The notes under the pieces are model-generated. The model was not told where the DNA came from and did no database searches. It worked only from the letters and a program-made list of their open reading frames with translations. The position numbers were made by a program, and so were the translations under genes. Positions 12,592 to 25,058 of a stretch of 64,000 nt of DNA are shown in pieces (the first letter of the stretch is position 1; each line of letters opens with the position of its first letter). The DNA is from Eledone cirrhosa (Eukaryota): the NCBI GenBank assembly GCA_964016885.1, contig OZ024742.1, forward strand, positions 248,062,001 to 248,126,000. Direction: 5' to 3'.

Positions 12592-12631
12592 CCGAGAACA
12601 ACTGTTTCACCTTAGCGGATTTTCAGCTCGG
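12592..12631 (-). ncRNA. Minimal type I hammerhead-like motif (core CUGAAAA) in the 3' UTR of the Naiad-like PLE
   Basis: CCGAG-CTGAAAA-TCCGCTAAGGT-GAAAC-AGTT-GTT-CTCGG with a perfect 5-bp stem I. Second copy at 45600-45639. Confidence 0.6.
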
Positions 12632-12778
12632 AATGGGCATGGTTATAGGAACAGGAAGGACAACCGTACGAACACGCATGCGCAGAAACCCGGTCACTTC
12701 ACACAGGCAATACTAGACTGCGTAGGTGCAAGGGAGATAAGTGCCAAAGTCCGAAAAGTTTTTAGGTTGAAAATACAA

Positions 12779-13020
12779 TTACAAAGAATCAGTCCGGAGC
12801 CTTGTAGTTATGCAATAGGTGTTTGGCGACGTGTGGACAACGTGTGAAAATTCAACCCTCATGTTTAGGCAATCACTATTGCGTAATCTCTTTAGAACAG
12901 TTATTCGTTCGTCAATGCATAAGCCACTCGTCGGATTTCCCCTTGCGTATGGCTTGGACTTAGTGATGGCTTTCCATTGAATGGAGTACCCTATACTTGA
13001 GTTTTTGAGGGACACAAGGC
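12779..13020 (-). pseudogene. C-terminus of a Penelope-like (Naiad-type) GIY-YIG endonuclease, frameshifted
   Basis: SLKNSSIGYSIQWKAITKSKPYARGNPTSGLCIDERITVL..CLNMRVE, then in the shifted frame FTRCPHVAKHLLHNY. Matches the W-x-I..PY..LC..E..LN-R-E..C-x-H pattern recalled for Naiad PLEs. Confidence 0.65.
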
Positions 13021-13119
13021 GTGTATGTATTTATTTAATTTCTATTACCTCTGTATTGTATTTTATTTACTTTATTCTTAAATCTGAAGCGGAGATTCAT
13101 TCGGTTTCCTAGTTAGAAT

Positions 13120-13392
13120 TTTAGTCTACGACTTCAGCTATACCATTTACGTGGTTTTGTCTTTGCGTGCAATTGTTCTCTACGCTCCACATATGACGTA
13201 TTATCATCGTTTTTTTCCGTTCATTGCCAGAGAACGTCTCTATGAACCACCTAAGAGAACATTAGTCTACGACTTCTTTTATACCATTAACGTGGTTCTG
13301 TCTTTGCGTGTAATTGTTTTTCACCGCTCCTATTAATGACGTATTATTCGTTTTTTCCCATTCTTTGCCAGGGAACGTTTCCACGAACCAAA
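13120..13392 (+). repeat. Two-copy tandem duplication, unit about 140 bp
   Basis: ttagtctacgacttc..taccatt..acgtggtt..tctttgcgtg..gaacca occurs twice. Confidence 0.8.
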
Positions 13393-13860
13393 GTATGGTC
13401 TTCCTGTCTTCCTCCGGTTGCAACGTTTTTTGAAATATCCACTTCTGCGTTTACAGATTGACTTTGTTAGTTTCAGAAGATCCCGTTAAGGGTGAAAGAA
13501 GAGATTCTTTGCTTATCTGTTATTTTAATAAATATATAAATATATATAATGAAAAACACATCAGGTTTTCTACAATAGCGGGAAATCTAATTTAGCAAAT
13601 TAAAAATTCATTCATCATTGTGTTTCTTTTTTACGAATACATATTTAAACCCCAACATCGTATGTATGTCGGCTGTCGAATAACTATGCGTACGCAATGT
13701 TTGTGTGAGGGACCAAGATTATATCTCTGATTCTGTGTATGTCTGATAGAGTGTAATTGTGTGTTTCTGTAAGTTTGGATTTGCAACCGAATATATACGT
13801 GTATACTGATATAGCACGCGAACGTGAGGGGCGATGCGTATATATGCGTCTGCTTGAGAG

Positions 13861-14086
13861 TTATGTCGATGTTGGTGCCTCTTCCATTCCTTTCATTTCC
13901 CCCATGTATCTGAGATCAGCATCGTACCAGCTTAAACCCATCCTTGTTACATAATTCATATGCGTTATATTAATTTTCCCCCCACACATGCCATGGGCAC
14001 TTAACTCCTGATGGAACCTTATCATTGGTCTCGAGAAATACAGCATGTCTTCAGCATGTAGATATGGCGGACCCCATTCACAAGTT
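13861..14086 (-). CDS. Candidate terminal coding exon of an unidentified host gene
   Basis: A long CT-rich tract is followed by tttcAG at 14087-14092, then about 75 stop-free, complex codons (TCEWGPPYLHAEDMLYFSRPMIRFHQELSAHGMCGG..EEAPTST*). No transposon motif recognised. Confidence 0.35.
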
Positions 14087-15297
14087 CTGAAACGGCCAAT
14101 TTCATCAAGAGATTGAGAAAGAGACAGAGACAATGGGAGAGAGAGAGAAAAGTGAGAGAGAGAGAGAGAAAGAAAGAGAGAGAATGAGTGAGAAAAAGGG
14201 AGAGTGAGAGAGTGAGGGATAGAAAGAGGGAGATACAGAGAGGGAGAGAGAGATGTAAAGAGAGTGGATGTAGATGAAAGATAAATCCTAATGTTGTACA
14301 AGTACTAGATCTATCGACCTTGAAAGGGTGTAAAATAAAGTTGACCTTTGCGGTAATCAGATACAGCGATACAATTTATCCATCTCTCCCTCTTTCCTAC
14401 CTTTATATTAACTATACTTATTTACCTATACGTATTAATGACACGCAAGCACACATATAACTAAGATTTCCGTTGTTGGATCATAAGAACGGCCTGTCCG
14501 TGGAATTTATATATACGTTGCTGAATACTTAATATATACGTGTATCATTAATGTTATACTTAGGAAGAGTTAGACTAGCACACTGTGTGCGGCAGGGCTG
14601 TGCCTATTGACATACAGACTCATCTACCAGACGGATTTCCAAACAACACCCGTCTATCCGCTTTTACTCGAAATACCTGAGTCGAATTTAGGCTATGGTA
14701 AAATAAATTCTTCACGACCACTCTATGGTAAATATACTTGTACTTGTTGTCACTTCTTATTCATAGGATTTCTGAATCGAACTAAGATCTTTAAGATATT
14801 GAAGAGTACTTCATAAACATTCGGCTTGGCTGTGTAAATTTACTTGTGTGTTAATAAAATCAATAGGTCAGCACTATAAATGTCTTTGACATATCCAGCT
14901 TTCCATTCTGTGCTCCTTTTGGACGGTCGATGCTTCTTTTGTATATGATAACCATTAGTTGGCGAAACGAAATCATGTGATGAATTTGTTAAAAGAATAC
15001 ATCTGGTCATTCTAATCGCTAAGCTTTATGTTTCAGTTTCTGAAGAACTCATTCTTTGGAAGGACAACTCTTTCTTTTCCACTCATTACTTTTGTTCAGT
15101 GCAAAGAATCCTCTGTATTGTTGACGTCTTTGGTATAGCTGTAGGTATTTAGCTGGTAGTAATATGATTTCAAGAAAATATGACTTACAATGTTATTGTT
15201 ATACATTGCTACTGCTACTTCACCAGCTATTTATGTAGTAGTTCCTTTGTAGCTATATATATCGTTTCAATCAGTCAATTTGTGTGAATGTATGTGC

Positions 15298-15386
<89 letters not shown>

Positions 15387-15391
15387 TATAC

Positions 15392-15427
<36 letters not shown>

Positions 15428-15601
15428 TAACATATGTAGATGGTTGTGTAGATATGTATATACGTGTGTATGTATCATTTGTGTATATATCAGTCTGACA
15501 ATGGACTTGTTCTCTGTTGATCAGTGAATTATCTTTAATTCAATTAATCAATTTGGCCATATATCTACTTAACTTATCTTTCTATAATTGCTTCTGAAAA
15601 G

Positions 15602-15654
<53 letters not shown>

Positions 15655-16616
15655 CATATATATACGTGTGTATATATGTATATTTATATATGTACAATCA
15701 CATACACATACACACGCTGAAACACACACACATACATATCTGTATACATATATATGAATACATGTATAGTTCTATTAATATGAATGTCTCTAGTAATACT
15801 TTCCCCCACCAGATATATTTTACATCTAAAACAACCAAATTGCACAACATATGTTAATCTAATATTTCCAGAGATAAACGCATACTCAAACACACACACT
15901 TGTATTTTTATGTTGAATTTTCTACCACTAAATTAAGCATTTACTAAGTTGCATTATACTGACCAAATGTTGTTATTTAGTTGGCTTGACAAAAATATCC
16001 CAGGCAGAAATAGTGGCAACTATTTCTCCACATGAAAAAAAGAGAGAGATTGCTTTTCCATGAGGGGTGGTGGAAGGGAAGTATATATGTTAGAATCCTT
16101 ATCAATGGCTGCTGGTCACTTTTTCCGTCTATCGGTGTATTTTCTAGGCATTTCTATGCTGTCGTCATATTTATCTTCCTGCGTACCAGATTTTCTACAT
16201 TCTTTAAGTATTTATATATATTTTTACAAACGTGTATAGATACATATTATTGAATTTGAAGCAATTTTTTAAGCATTCTGACGAGATGAGAAATGTGAAT
16301 GATTGGAAAGCGAAACTATGCCTATACATCTTTCAGCTTAAAAGAGACTAATTAATGTATATAAGATCTGTTTTCTCTTTTCATGCCAACAAATTTGTAG
16401 CGTTGGTGAACAGTCGAATTTTGAAAGAGCATAAAATTCAGTTGAAATCATGTAAGATGTTATACGACTTTAAAAAACAAACTCAATACACACACACACA
16501 GTGGCAGATACTCACGCACACACACATATGTATATATATATTTAGTGTGGAATGCTTAAAGCGTCCGTATGCGGTAGGCCGTTTGAGCACTCGATGCTCT
16601 TACAGAGCAGAGTATA

Positions 16617-16865
16617 ATATCACATAAGAAACGGAGAATCAGTGGTGCGACGAATTAGAATTTATTAGACATATTACAATCGTTTCTCTGGCGACCAAAT
16701 GTGGAAACTCTGCTTTGAAAGATTGAGACGCATCTGAGGAACTTTCGATTTCAGAGTCAGGTTCGATCATCGCATCGATCGTGCCTCAAGCTGGTCGCCA
16801 GAGAAACAATTGTAATATGTCTAATAAATTCTAATTCGTCGCACCACTGTTTCTCCGTTTCTTAT

Positions 16866-16872
<7 letters not shown>
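16617..16872. repeat. Inverted-repeat element (arms about 16617-16697 and 16791-16872) next to (TA)n
   Basis: atcacataagaaacggag..gtttctctggcgacca versus tggtcgccagagaaac..ctccgtttcttatgtgat. Related copy near 62110-62320. Confidence 0.9.
16726..16822 (+). ncRNA. Hammerhead ribozyme with 62-nt branched stem II
   Basis: AGACGCAT-CTGAGGA-[62 nt]-GAAA-CAATTG-TA-ATATGTCT. Stem I pairs 7 of 8. Confidence 0.6.
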
Positions 16873-16931
<59 letters not shown>

Positions 16932-17401
16932 TAACCAAAGATTAATATCATTCATTGATTACTCAATGAATATAGTTTTACAATAGATTAAAAGCACTCT
17001 ACAATTTATAAAAAATTTCACAGAATTTAATTGGTTGGTTCTGTTTGAATTAATATTTAAAAACAACGGGCATGCATCATGTCCCTCTCTTCTTTCTTTC
17101 TTTAATTCATTCCTTTTTGTGGTTACGTTTTCCCTCTTCTCTCTCTCACCTTCTTCTATCTTATCTTATTTTTTCTCTCTTCCCTTCTATGTATCTCTCT
17201 CTCTCTCTTTATCTCTTTTTACATTTTTCATACTCACCCCCTACTTTTACCTACATCTCGCCCCACATCCTCTTCTTCATCATATTTAAGTTTATCATGT
17301 TATTATTTGTGTATATAAATATTTAGATTGTTGTAATAAATTACTACCATGACTGGAATTGAACCATCAAGACAGTTGAGGTATGTCATGCATCAATTCA
17401 T

Positions 17402-17470
17402 ATATTTTATCTGATGAGGGCGTACTGAAAAAAAAACAGCACAGTACCTCCGAAATATATATAATAAAGC
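17402..17470 (+). ncRNA. Hammerhead ribozyme family A
   Basis: TTTTAT-CTGATGA-GG-GC-GTACTG..CAGTAC-CT-CC-GAAA-TATATA-TA-ATAAAG. Confidence 0.75.
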
Positions 17471-17683
17471 ATATATTTTGATTATGTGAACGTATTCATG
17501 CATTTGTTAATATTTTGAATAATATATATATATAAATATATATATGTGTGTGTGTAATCTGAGTTAATCGAATATTAATAATAACATTCGATTCTTTTGC
17601 AATTATGCAAACAAGCCTCAATTGTATGGCTATTTCAGTAGAATGAACCCTTCATTATTGCTCTTGTGTTGGCATGCGAACAG

Positions 17684-17731
17684 AACTGAAGACACTAATG
17701 TTTCTGGGTATCACCCTTCATCAGTACAGCT
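17684..17731 (-). ncRNA. Hammerhead ribozyme family B, inside an element with short inverted termini (about 17568-17910)
   Basis: AGCTGTA-CTGATGA-A-GGGT-GAT-ACCC-A-GAAA-CATTAGTG-TC-TTCAGTT with a GUC cleavage triplet. Confidence 0.7.
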
Positions 17732-17931
17732 GCCAAACTGTCAGAGCTAGTGAAAATATATGCTATTTTTAAAATTACACAGCGACTGATTTGCATATTA
17801 GCAGATCCACTGATCAGCCAGATTTGCATATCAGCAGACTGGCCAGTTAGTTTCCTGTATACGAGCGTAATTGCATAATTGCAAACGAATCGAAGGTTAT
17901 TAATATTCGAAAAACAAACTTATATATATAT

Positions 17932-18552
17932 TAATACAAAATATTAATAAATATAGACATTCATGTGATCAAATATATTTTATTATACATATTTCAGCGA
18001 TACTGAGCTATTTCAACCGTACGTCCTCATCAGATAAAATAAGTTGATGCCTGACACACCTTGACTATGTTGATGGTTATAGTTTAGTCATGGCAGTGAT
18101 GACAAAACTCAATATTTATATACCTTAAGTTGAAACATGAAAAATTACATACAATACAGAGGGTGCGTATGAGAATGTGTAAAAAGATATATAAATAACT
18201 AATAATATATAATACATAAACTTCTATAACTGTTAAACATTTAAATAATAGTATGTTCATACCTCATTAGTGTTGATAGCGGGAGTGATAGATCGAGATC
18301 TATCACTTCCATTATCAACAATATTATATTATATGTAATTTTTCATGTTTCAACTTAAGGTATATAAATATCGAGTTTTGTCATAACTAATCACTGCTAT
18401 GACTAAATTATAACCATCAATATAGTTAAGGTATGTCAGGCATCAACTTATTTTATCTGATGAGGAAGTACTGTTGAAATAGCTCAGTATCTCTGAAATA
18501 TGTATAATAAAATATATTTGATCACATGAATGTCTATATTTATTAATATTTT
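17932..18552. repeat. Inverted-repeat element (arms about 17932-18150 and 18335-18552) with one family A HHR per arm (17976-18041 minus, 18449-18514 plus)
   Basis: tcatcag at 18027 and ctgatga at 18457. Both read GAAA-TATGTA-TA-ATAAAATA with stem I TATTTTAT. Confidence 0.85.
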
Positions 18553-19110
18553 GAAGTAATATTAATAACTCCAGAAAACCTTCTTGTAGAGTGCTTATAA
18601 TCTATTGTGGAACTTTATTCATTAATGAATTCATTGAACCTTGTTAAAGTTTTAATTATATATATATATATAATTATAGGAGCCCACTTGAATATATATC
18701 TATTGATGGTATATAAGCTCCTACATAAATTGGTATAATTTCACCCAAATTGTAGGAATCCTATAATGAAACGAGACGTCCGCCTGGGAAGAGATATATT
18801 AGCTATGTCTCATATGAAATAATACAGCCAATTTTCCACGCAATACTTTTAGTTAGCACCCCGAACGGATAATTGGGAATATAATCAATTATTTCCTAAT
18901 GTTTGTTGAGTGAGTTGGAATTTGGCCGGAGTATCGCTAAAAAGCTTTCTCCGATATTGTATTTATTATATATATATATGAAAGACGTAAAATAAGAAAA
19001 TTTTAAAAATTAAAAATCAACTTACTTACTAAAATGTATATATTTACTAGTATTAGTATACATCTGTACGCATATGTTGGTAGATGTATTAATTCTCTAT
19101 ATATGTTATA

Positions 19111-19157
19111 TGCCTTGAAAAGTCCCACCATATGGTCGGACGAAACGGCTGTCGGCA
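19111..19157 (+). ncRNA. Hammerhead ribozyme, U3-A8 core variant
   Basis: TGCC-TTGAAAA-GTCC-C-ACCA-TA-TGGT-C-GGAC-GAAAC-GGCT-GTC-GGCA. All three stems pair. Confidence 0.75.
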
Positions 19158-19310
19158 ATAAACTTGTTATAATGTCATAATAGTTCCTTTGTTCTTTTTC
19201 ATTAATATTTCTGCTCTGCTTATACGCATAGAGCTTAACTAGCGACCGTCGCATATTTGGTAGGTCAGACGTGATCATCGCGATTCACATACGACCTACC
19301 ATACATCTTG

Positions 19311-19377
<67 letters not shown>

Positions 19378-19435
19378 GTGTGTGTGTATGTATGGATGTA
19401 AAAGGTAAACAGAAACAACAACACAAATAGCAGGA

Positions 19436-19488
19436 AGAGGGCCTTAATGTTTCGGACGCTAGTCCTTCATAAGAAGAAAGAATGAGAA
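19436..19488 (-). ncRNA. Degenerate HHR-like pLTR motif (NNGANGA-AGGACTAGCGTCC-GAAAC); also at about 12097-12130 minus, 32037-32082 minus and 42386-42432 plus
   Basis: The stem II hairpin GGAC-TAGC-GTCC and GAAAC are conserved in four copies. The core is mutated differently in each and stems I and III are not evident. Confidence 0.45.
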
Positions 19489-19945
19489 ATAAGTAAGATT
19501 GAGGGGACGGGCGGGATGGAATTGGAAAAAATATCTTTAGATAAAAAGGACAGGTCCATTAATGTTGACATCTCTTGCAAAACTGTAATCATAGGGAGAG
19601 AGACTCACAACCATGTATACATCTACTCACAAACCCATGTATACATATAACTCTTACACTATATACACACAGACATGCACACCCATATATACATATTTAA
19701 AGAGAGTGAGAAAGAGAGAGCGCTAGAGAGAGAGAGAGAGAGGGTGAGAATACAAAACAGAGAACAGTGATATTGCATTGCAAGTTTATTTTAATATGAT
19801 AAATATGATAAATTGAAAACTCTCGCAGGCTTTCAATATCAATGAGCCATTTTTATATATAAATATGTTTCTGTCACTCTATGACTATAATCTATATCCA
19901 TATCTGTATCTATAACTGTATGTATATATACACACGCACACACAC

Positions 19946-20034
<89 letters not shown>

Positions 20035-20635
20035 TGCCTCCAGGTTTGATTAGGAATTACTAACGTAGCAAAATAAAACTTTATTTCTTGTGAAAACGTT
20101 GTAGTTTGTCACACATTGATATTATGTAGTAAATCATTTCTAGGTACGATGAAATTACATTAAAATTTATGAAATAAATTCAAGCTACAATTTCACTCTT
20201 GGTGTAAACATTATGCAAACCTATCGTGTAAACTATTGCTCCACTTCTATGCATGAAAAGATGATTAACAATTTCATATAAGGGAAATTTACAACGATGT
20301 AATATACTATGGCTCTATTTGGTATGTAAATATATGTGCAAATATGTAAAAATCTATAAATCTTCATAACTTATTATTTCGATATTATTATAAATCCGGT
20401 TAACCCTATACCTTCTAAATTATTGATATAGAGAAAACATGTGTTGACTAATTACAGAACATTTTAGTTTAAAGAATATAATTAATGCAAACAATTGTTT
20501 TCATACATACACCCCACGTGTATACAGAGACACACACACACGCACACGGTCAGACAAACACACACACGGACAGACAACCACACACACATATACTGTATAT
20601 ATATATAAACACAGACTTTCTCTCTCACACAGACA

Positions 20636-20757
<122 letters not shown>

Positions 20758-20961
20758 CATATATGTGTGTGTGTGTATCTGCATGTTTGTATTTATGTGT
20801 GCTTGTGTGTGATTATGTGTGTGCATAAGTTCGAATTTCTAAAGATCAAACATACTGATTAGATAGGTATGTTGGCATAGTCGTTAAAACATCGGATATA
20901 TTATTCTCCGACATTTGTGCCAGATACTGTGTTTCTGATTTCAAATCCTGCCGCGGTCAAC

Positions 20962-21430
20962 TCATCATCATTAGGCGACCTCAGCCGAAATCGACACATC
21001 AATTGATCTCCTCGTGGGTGTGTCGTCCATTGCCGTTTCCAAGCTCTGTGTTTTAATACCAGAATCTCTGGAGATGCCATCGGGTTAGGAGAGCTTGCGC
21101 CCCCTGTTATTAGTGACTGCTTGTTATTTTCAGAGCACTTGTGCGGAAAATGACTCAGAGGTGGCACGATGGCAAATCTTACTCCCCTTTTACGTACAAC
21201 GACAGATATGCGTGGGAGGCCGGCATATATTCATTTGAAAGTCCGATTTCGCCAGCTTATGTTCTGAATGCATCGAAGTAGGCGTGTGTAGGTGTCATCA
21301 ATGCGATTTCGTTGTTTAGATGAAAGCGTCCATGTTTCACTTCCATTTAGCAAGATTGGTTTAATTGTTACTTGGAAGAGTCTGATTTTGGTGTGGTTAG
21401 GAAGATTTGAGAGCCAAACTCGTTGCAAGG
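20962..21430 (-). pseudogene. Decayed RTE-clade LINE 3' end
   Basis: KIRLFQVTIKPILLNGSETWTLS..RLLRCIQNISWR, then YAGLPRIS..RFA and RDSG..LETAMDD. Short (TGA)n tail. Confidence 0.7.
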
Positions 21431-21474
21431 AGAGGTGAAAGTCGAGTAAATCGAGCCCAGTGCGTTACTGTTAC

Positions 21475-21605
21475 TATATTTTATCGACCCCATCACAATG
21501 AAGGGCCTAGCTAACCTCTTTGGGATTTGAACACAGAACGTAAACGGACGTACCCATTTGCCGCAAAGCATGTTGTCAGACGCTCTACCGATACTGTCAA
21601 TAAAT
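21475..21605 (-). mobile_element. SINE, same family as 8337 (further partial copies near 20870, 21720, 27255 and 52400)
   Basis: Reverse complement of gacagtatcggtagagcgtctgac..gttcaaatccc..ggggtcgataaaat. Confidence 0.6.
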
Positions 21606-22252
21606 CACCCTTCTAATAATGATCAGATACAGGAAGAGTTTCTAACATTAGCACTTGCCTAATAATTGCGTTTCTGGTGGGCCAGGGGATGGGACGATTA
21701 CATCGGTATCAGCGCTTATGCATTTCTTTATTAAATTGGCAACCGAAGGATGATAGTAAAGTTAACCTCCGTCAAGTTTGAATTCAGAGAATAAAGAGCC
21801 GTCATTACACACCGTGAAGTATTTTGTATAACACTCCACCTATTCAATTAATCTATAAACTCCACCTAATAATAATACTAATGATAGGTTATCGATTAAT
21901 AAATGTACGTCTGTCAATAGAAGTGTGTATGAGTAATTTGGCATATATTAAGTTTAATATTAACAGTACAATCTTTAGCCAACATTTCGGTAGAGAAAGA
22001 ATAATATCATAGGATTGCATTTTCTCCCATTTCCTTTCTTTCAAATCTATTATCTACTGATCCATTGCACATTACACACACTCATGTACACATACATATA
22101 TACAAATAGACACATACACACACACACACGCACATACACACACACATATATATATATACTACTTGCATAGACACACACATAACCATCTATCTATCTATCT
22201 AACTATATCTATCTATCGACCTATCTACCCCCTCTATATATCACTCTCACTG

Positions 22253-22366
<114 letters not shown>

Positions 22367-22700
22367 CATATATATATGTATATATATATATAATATATTT
22401 ATATATATATATATATCGTTCGTGATGCTAAATATAGTTTGAGCTTTTTATATATCTTCCAAATTAGATTTAAATGACTTTTTTGGTTACGAAATATCGT
22501 TAGTCGTATTAAACGGAAATAATGATCTTTTTTTTTTATCATTAAACGCTGTATATTGAAATTGATTGAATTGATTGGGGCGGCAGAGGTACGGCAGACT
22601 CACCAAGACGGAATACCTCTCAGAATAGAATAACTATTTCATGCTTATTTAAACACAGGTATATACTATATACTGACTGCAAAAGAGAAAGAGCGAGGGG

Positions 22701-22753
<53 letters not shown>

Positions 22754-23473
22754 GGTGGGTGAACGGGAGCGCACGAGTGAGGGAGATATATAGAGTGGTT
22801 TTGATAGAAAGAGAGCGGGAGTGAATATATTAGATATATCTCATGAAATACAAAAGATGAATGTCTTACTACGGTGATTGTTTTAAAAAATCGTAAATTA
22901 TATCTAAAGCTAATAATGTCGAGATAATAAAATACGCCACCCGACCGAAGAAAAACTGTAAAATAATGTTTTTGCAATCATTTATATATTTAAATGGATA
23001 CGCATGCGCTTTGCGAGATAATTCGAGAGCTGAAGAATAATTTATTAGGGACATACTCTCATGGATAACATCTTATAGGATATCCTTAATATATCCTGGA
23101 AAGTTCACCCGATCAACAAATACCGTATGCTAATAGTTTTGTAATTACTGATGTCTTAAGAGAGAGCCGTAGGCGCTTTATAGGAACATTGCTATATTCT
23201 TATAGAGACCACATCATTGATATAAGTGGCGTGTATTATTGTATTATGAAGGACATTGCTAGAGAGCTGAGCTATAACACGTTAGAGCGATAGAGCTCTG
23301 GACACGGTGATATACATATACATATAATTTATAGGACATTGCTGATAAGAACTGAACAAGATCTCATTTGTAATATACTGTTATAGATACAATAATATAT
23401 ATATTATATATATATATATAATATATATATCTCACAGATGTGAGAAAAACCACAGACCCTCCATCTCAACTCA

Positions 23474-23511
23474 CCTTTTGAAAAGCAGAAGAACTGCGAA
23501 ACCGGTAAAGG
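23474..23511 (+). ncRNA. Minimal hammerhead ribozyme, U3-A8 variant (pLTR of the Neptune-like PLE family)
   Basis: CCTT-TTGAAAA-GCAG-AAGAA-CTGC-GAAA-CCGG-TA-AAGG. Confidence 0.75.
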
Positions 23512-23579
23512 AACCAAATAAATATATATATTTAAAAAAAAATAAGACTTCAGTTGCATTTTCGATTTCATCCCTTTTT

Positions 23580-23650
<71 letters not shown>

Positions 23651-23790
23651 CAAAAGCGATATTTAATTTGTTGGTAATTCAACAAATATATATATGTTTA
23701 TAACTGATGATTCGAAGCACTCGACAGTTTTTCTGGAGTATAATATCAATGATATTAAATAAATGGAAACCATATTTATAAAACCATATT

Positions 23791-23851
23791 TATTCTATTA
23801 TATATATTTCAATGTTACCAACACTTTGGTACGCTCTCATCACATAAAATA
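23791..23851 (-). ncRNA. Hammerhead family A copy, core C3 mutated (GUGAUGA)
   Basis: TATTTTAT-GTGATGA-GAGCGTACCAAAGTGTTGGTAACATT-GAAA-TATATA-TA-ATAGAATA. Confidence 0.55.
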
Positions 23852-24496
23852 CAAAGTTTGTTTTATAAATATTGACATATCCCGGAACGAGATCTTAACG
23901 GTTCAAGTTTTTCCCGGATAGTAAAAGGAAAAATGGGAAAGAGAGGAAAAGTCAAATATTTCAAATTATTAAGATAAATATGCAAAGGAGGTTGAGTTAT
24001 AGGGCTGAAAAAAAAAAAACGTTATTTTTAGCCGCTAGGTAGATTTAAATAATTATTAGGATGTGTAGGAAGAAGAAAGAGAAAGAAAGAAAAGCTTGTA
24101 TTTATGTGAATTTAAAAATAATTAGCATTTTTTAGGAATGGTGGAATATGAATCCAGAATTTTAAAATTATTTAGCTATATTATGAGTTATAATATTGTA
24201 TATATAATCAATTAGATTATATGAAGAATTATGCTTTAAGTACATTTTATCTTATTACATTGCAACAGGTTGTAAGTATATAAATATCTATATAGTTTAA
24301 TAAGTGTGCAAGTATAAGTATTATTGGTGATTTGATAGAAATAAACCACACGTATTAATTGTTTACAGTTCTAATATGAGTTACGTAGGATGTTGATTTT
24401 ACATTTTACATAAATATTTAAGAAAAAGACGTAGTTCAAATTGTAAGAGAAGAACAACTTGTAGATTCAAATATTTTCCTCCAACATTGAAGATGT

Positions 24497-24758
24497 TTTC
24501 AGAACATTGTTAATTTAGCGAAAATATATACTTTATCATACAAGTTATCATGTCTATGTTTGCTCAATTGTAAAGGAAAAGATAACTCCAATATATATAT
24601 AATTTTCTCTACATACTTTCTAAGAAAATCATTCATCAAATTTAATGGTTAGCAAATACTATTGGAGTTATCAATTTTCTTTACAATTGAGCAAACATAG
24701 ACATGATAACTTGTAGGATAAATTATTTAGTTTCGCTAAATTAACAATGTTCTGAAAA
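24497..24758. repeat. Inverted repeat (arms about 24497-24594 and 24660-24758)
   Basis: tttcagaacattgttaatttagcgaaa..gataactccaata versus tattggagttatc..tttcgctaaattaacaatgttctgaaa. Confidence 0.85.
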
Positions 24759-24834
24759 TAGAAATAGTTGTCGAAACGGCTTGAGCTCTGCCGTCGTAGT
24801 TAAACTTTTTCCTATATATATATATATAGATATG

Positions 24835-24933
<99 letters not shown>

Positions 24934-25010
24934 GTATATATTGTATATATATATATATATATATGTATATATTGTAGGCATACAATACAACAGGAAGAAA
25001 CATAGTAGCA

Positions 25011-25058
25011 CCACTGACGATGTTGCAGATGTGCAACGAAAGAACTTTGTTAGACTAT
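25011..25058 (+). ncRNA. HHR-like motif (homologue at about 42970-43018 minus)
   Basis: CTGACGA-T-GTTGCA-GATG-TGCAAC-GAAA with a perfect 6-bp stem II. Stems I and III are unclear. Confidence 0.45.

Noticed and set aside
12640-12780. Possible SECIS in the Naiad-like 3' UTR
   Set aside because: GTGA is present, but I could not place an apical AA or the 3' GA quartet partner.
14840-15030. Short minus-strand open frame ending at a GT donor-like site
   Set aside because: About 55 codons with no clear acceptor and no recognisable protein, which is insufficient for an exon call.
16273-16302. CTGACGA-GATGA-GAAA motif
   Set aside because: No stem II and no UH cleavage site.
18690-18800. Degenerate long-stem-II HHR (TTGATGG..TCCTACA/TGTAGGA..GAAAC); similar weak cases near 31205-31280 and 41095-41165
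   Set aside because: The core and cleavage site are too mutated to support individually, although the context is pLTR-like.
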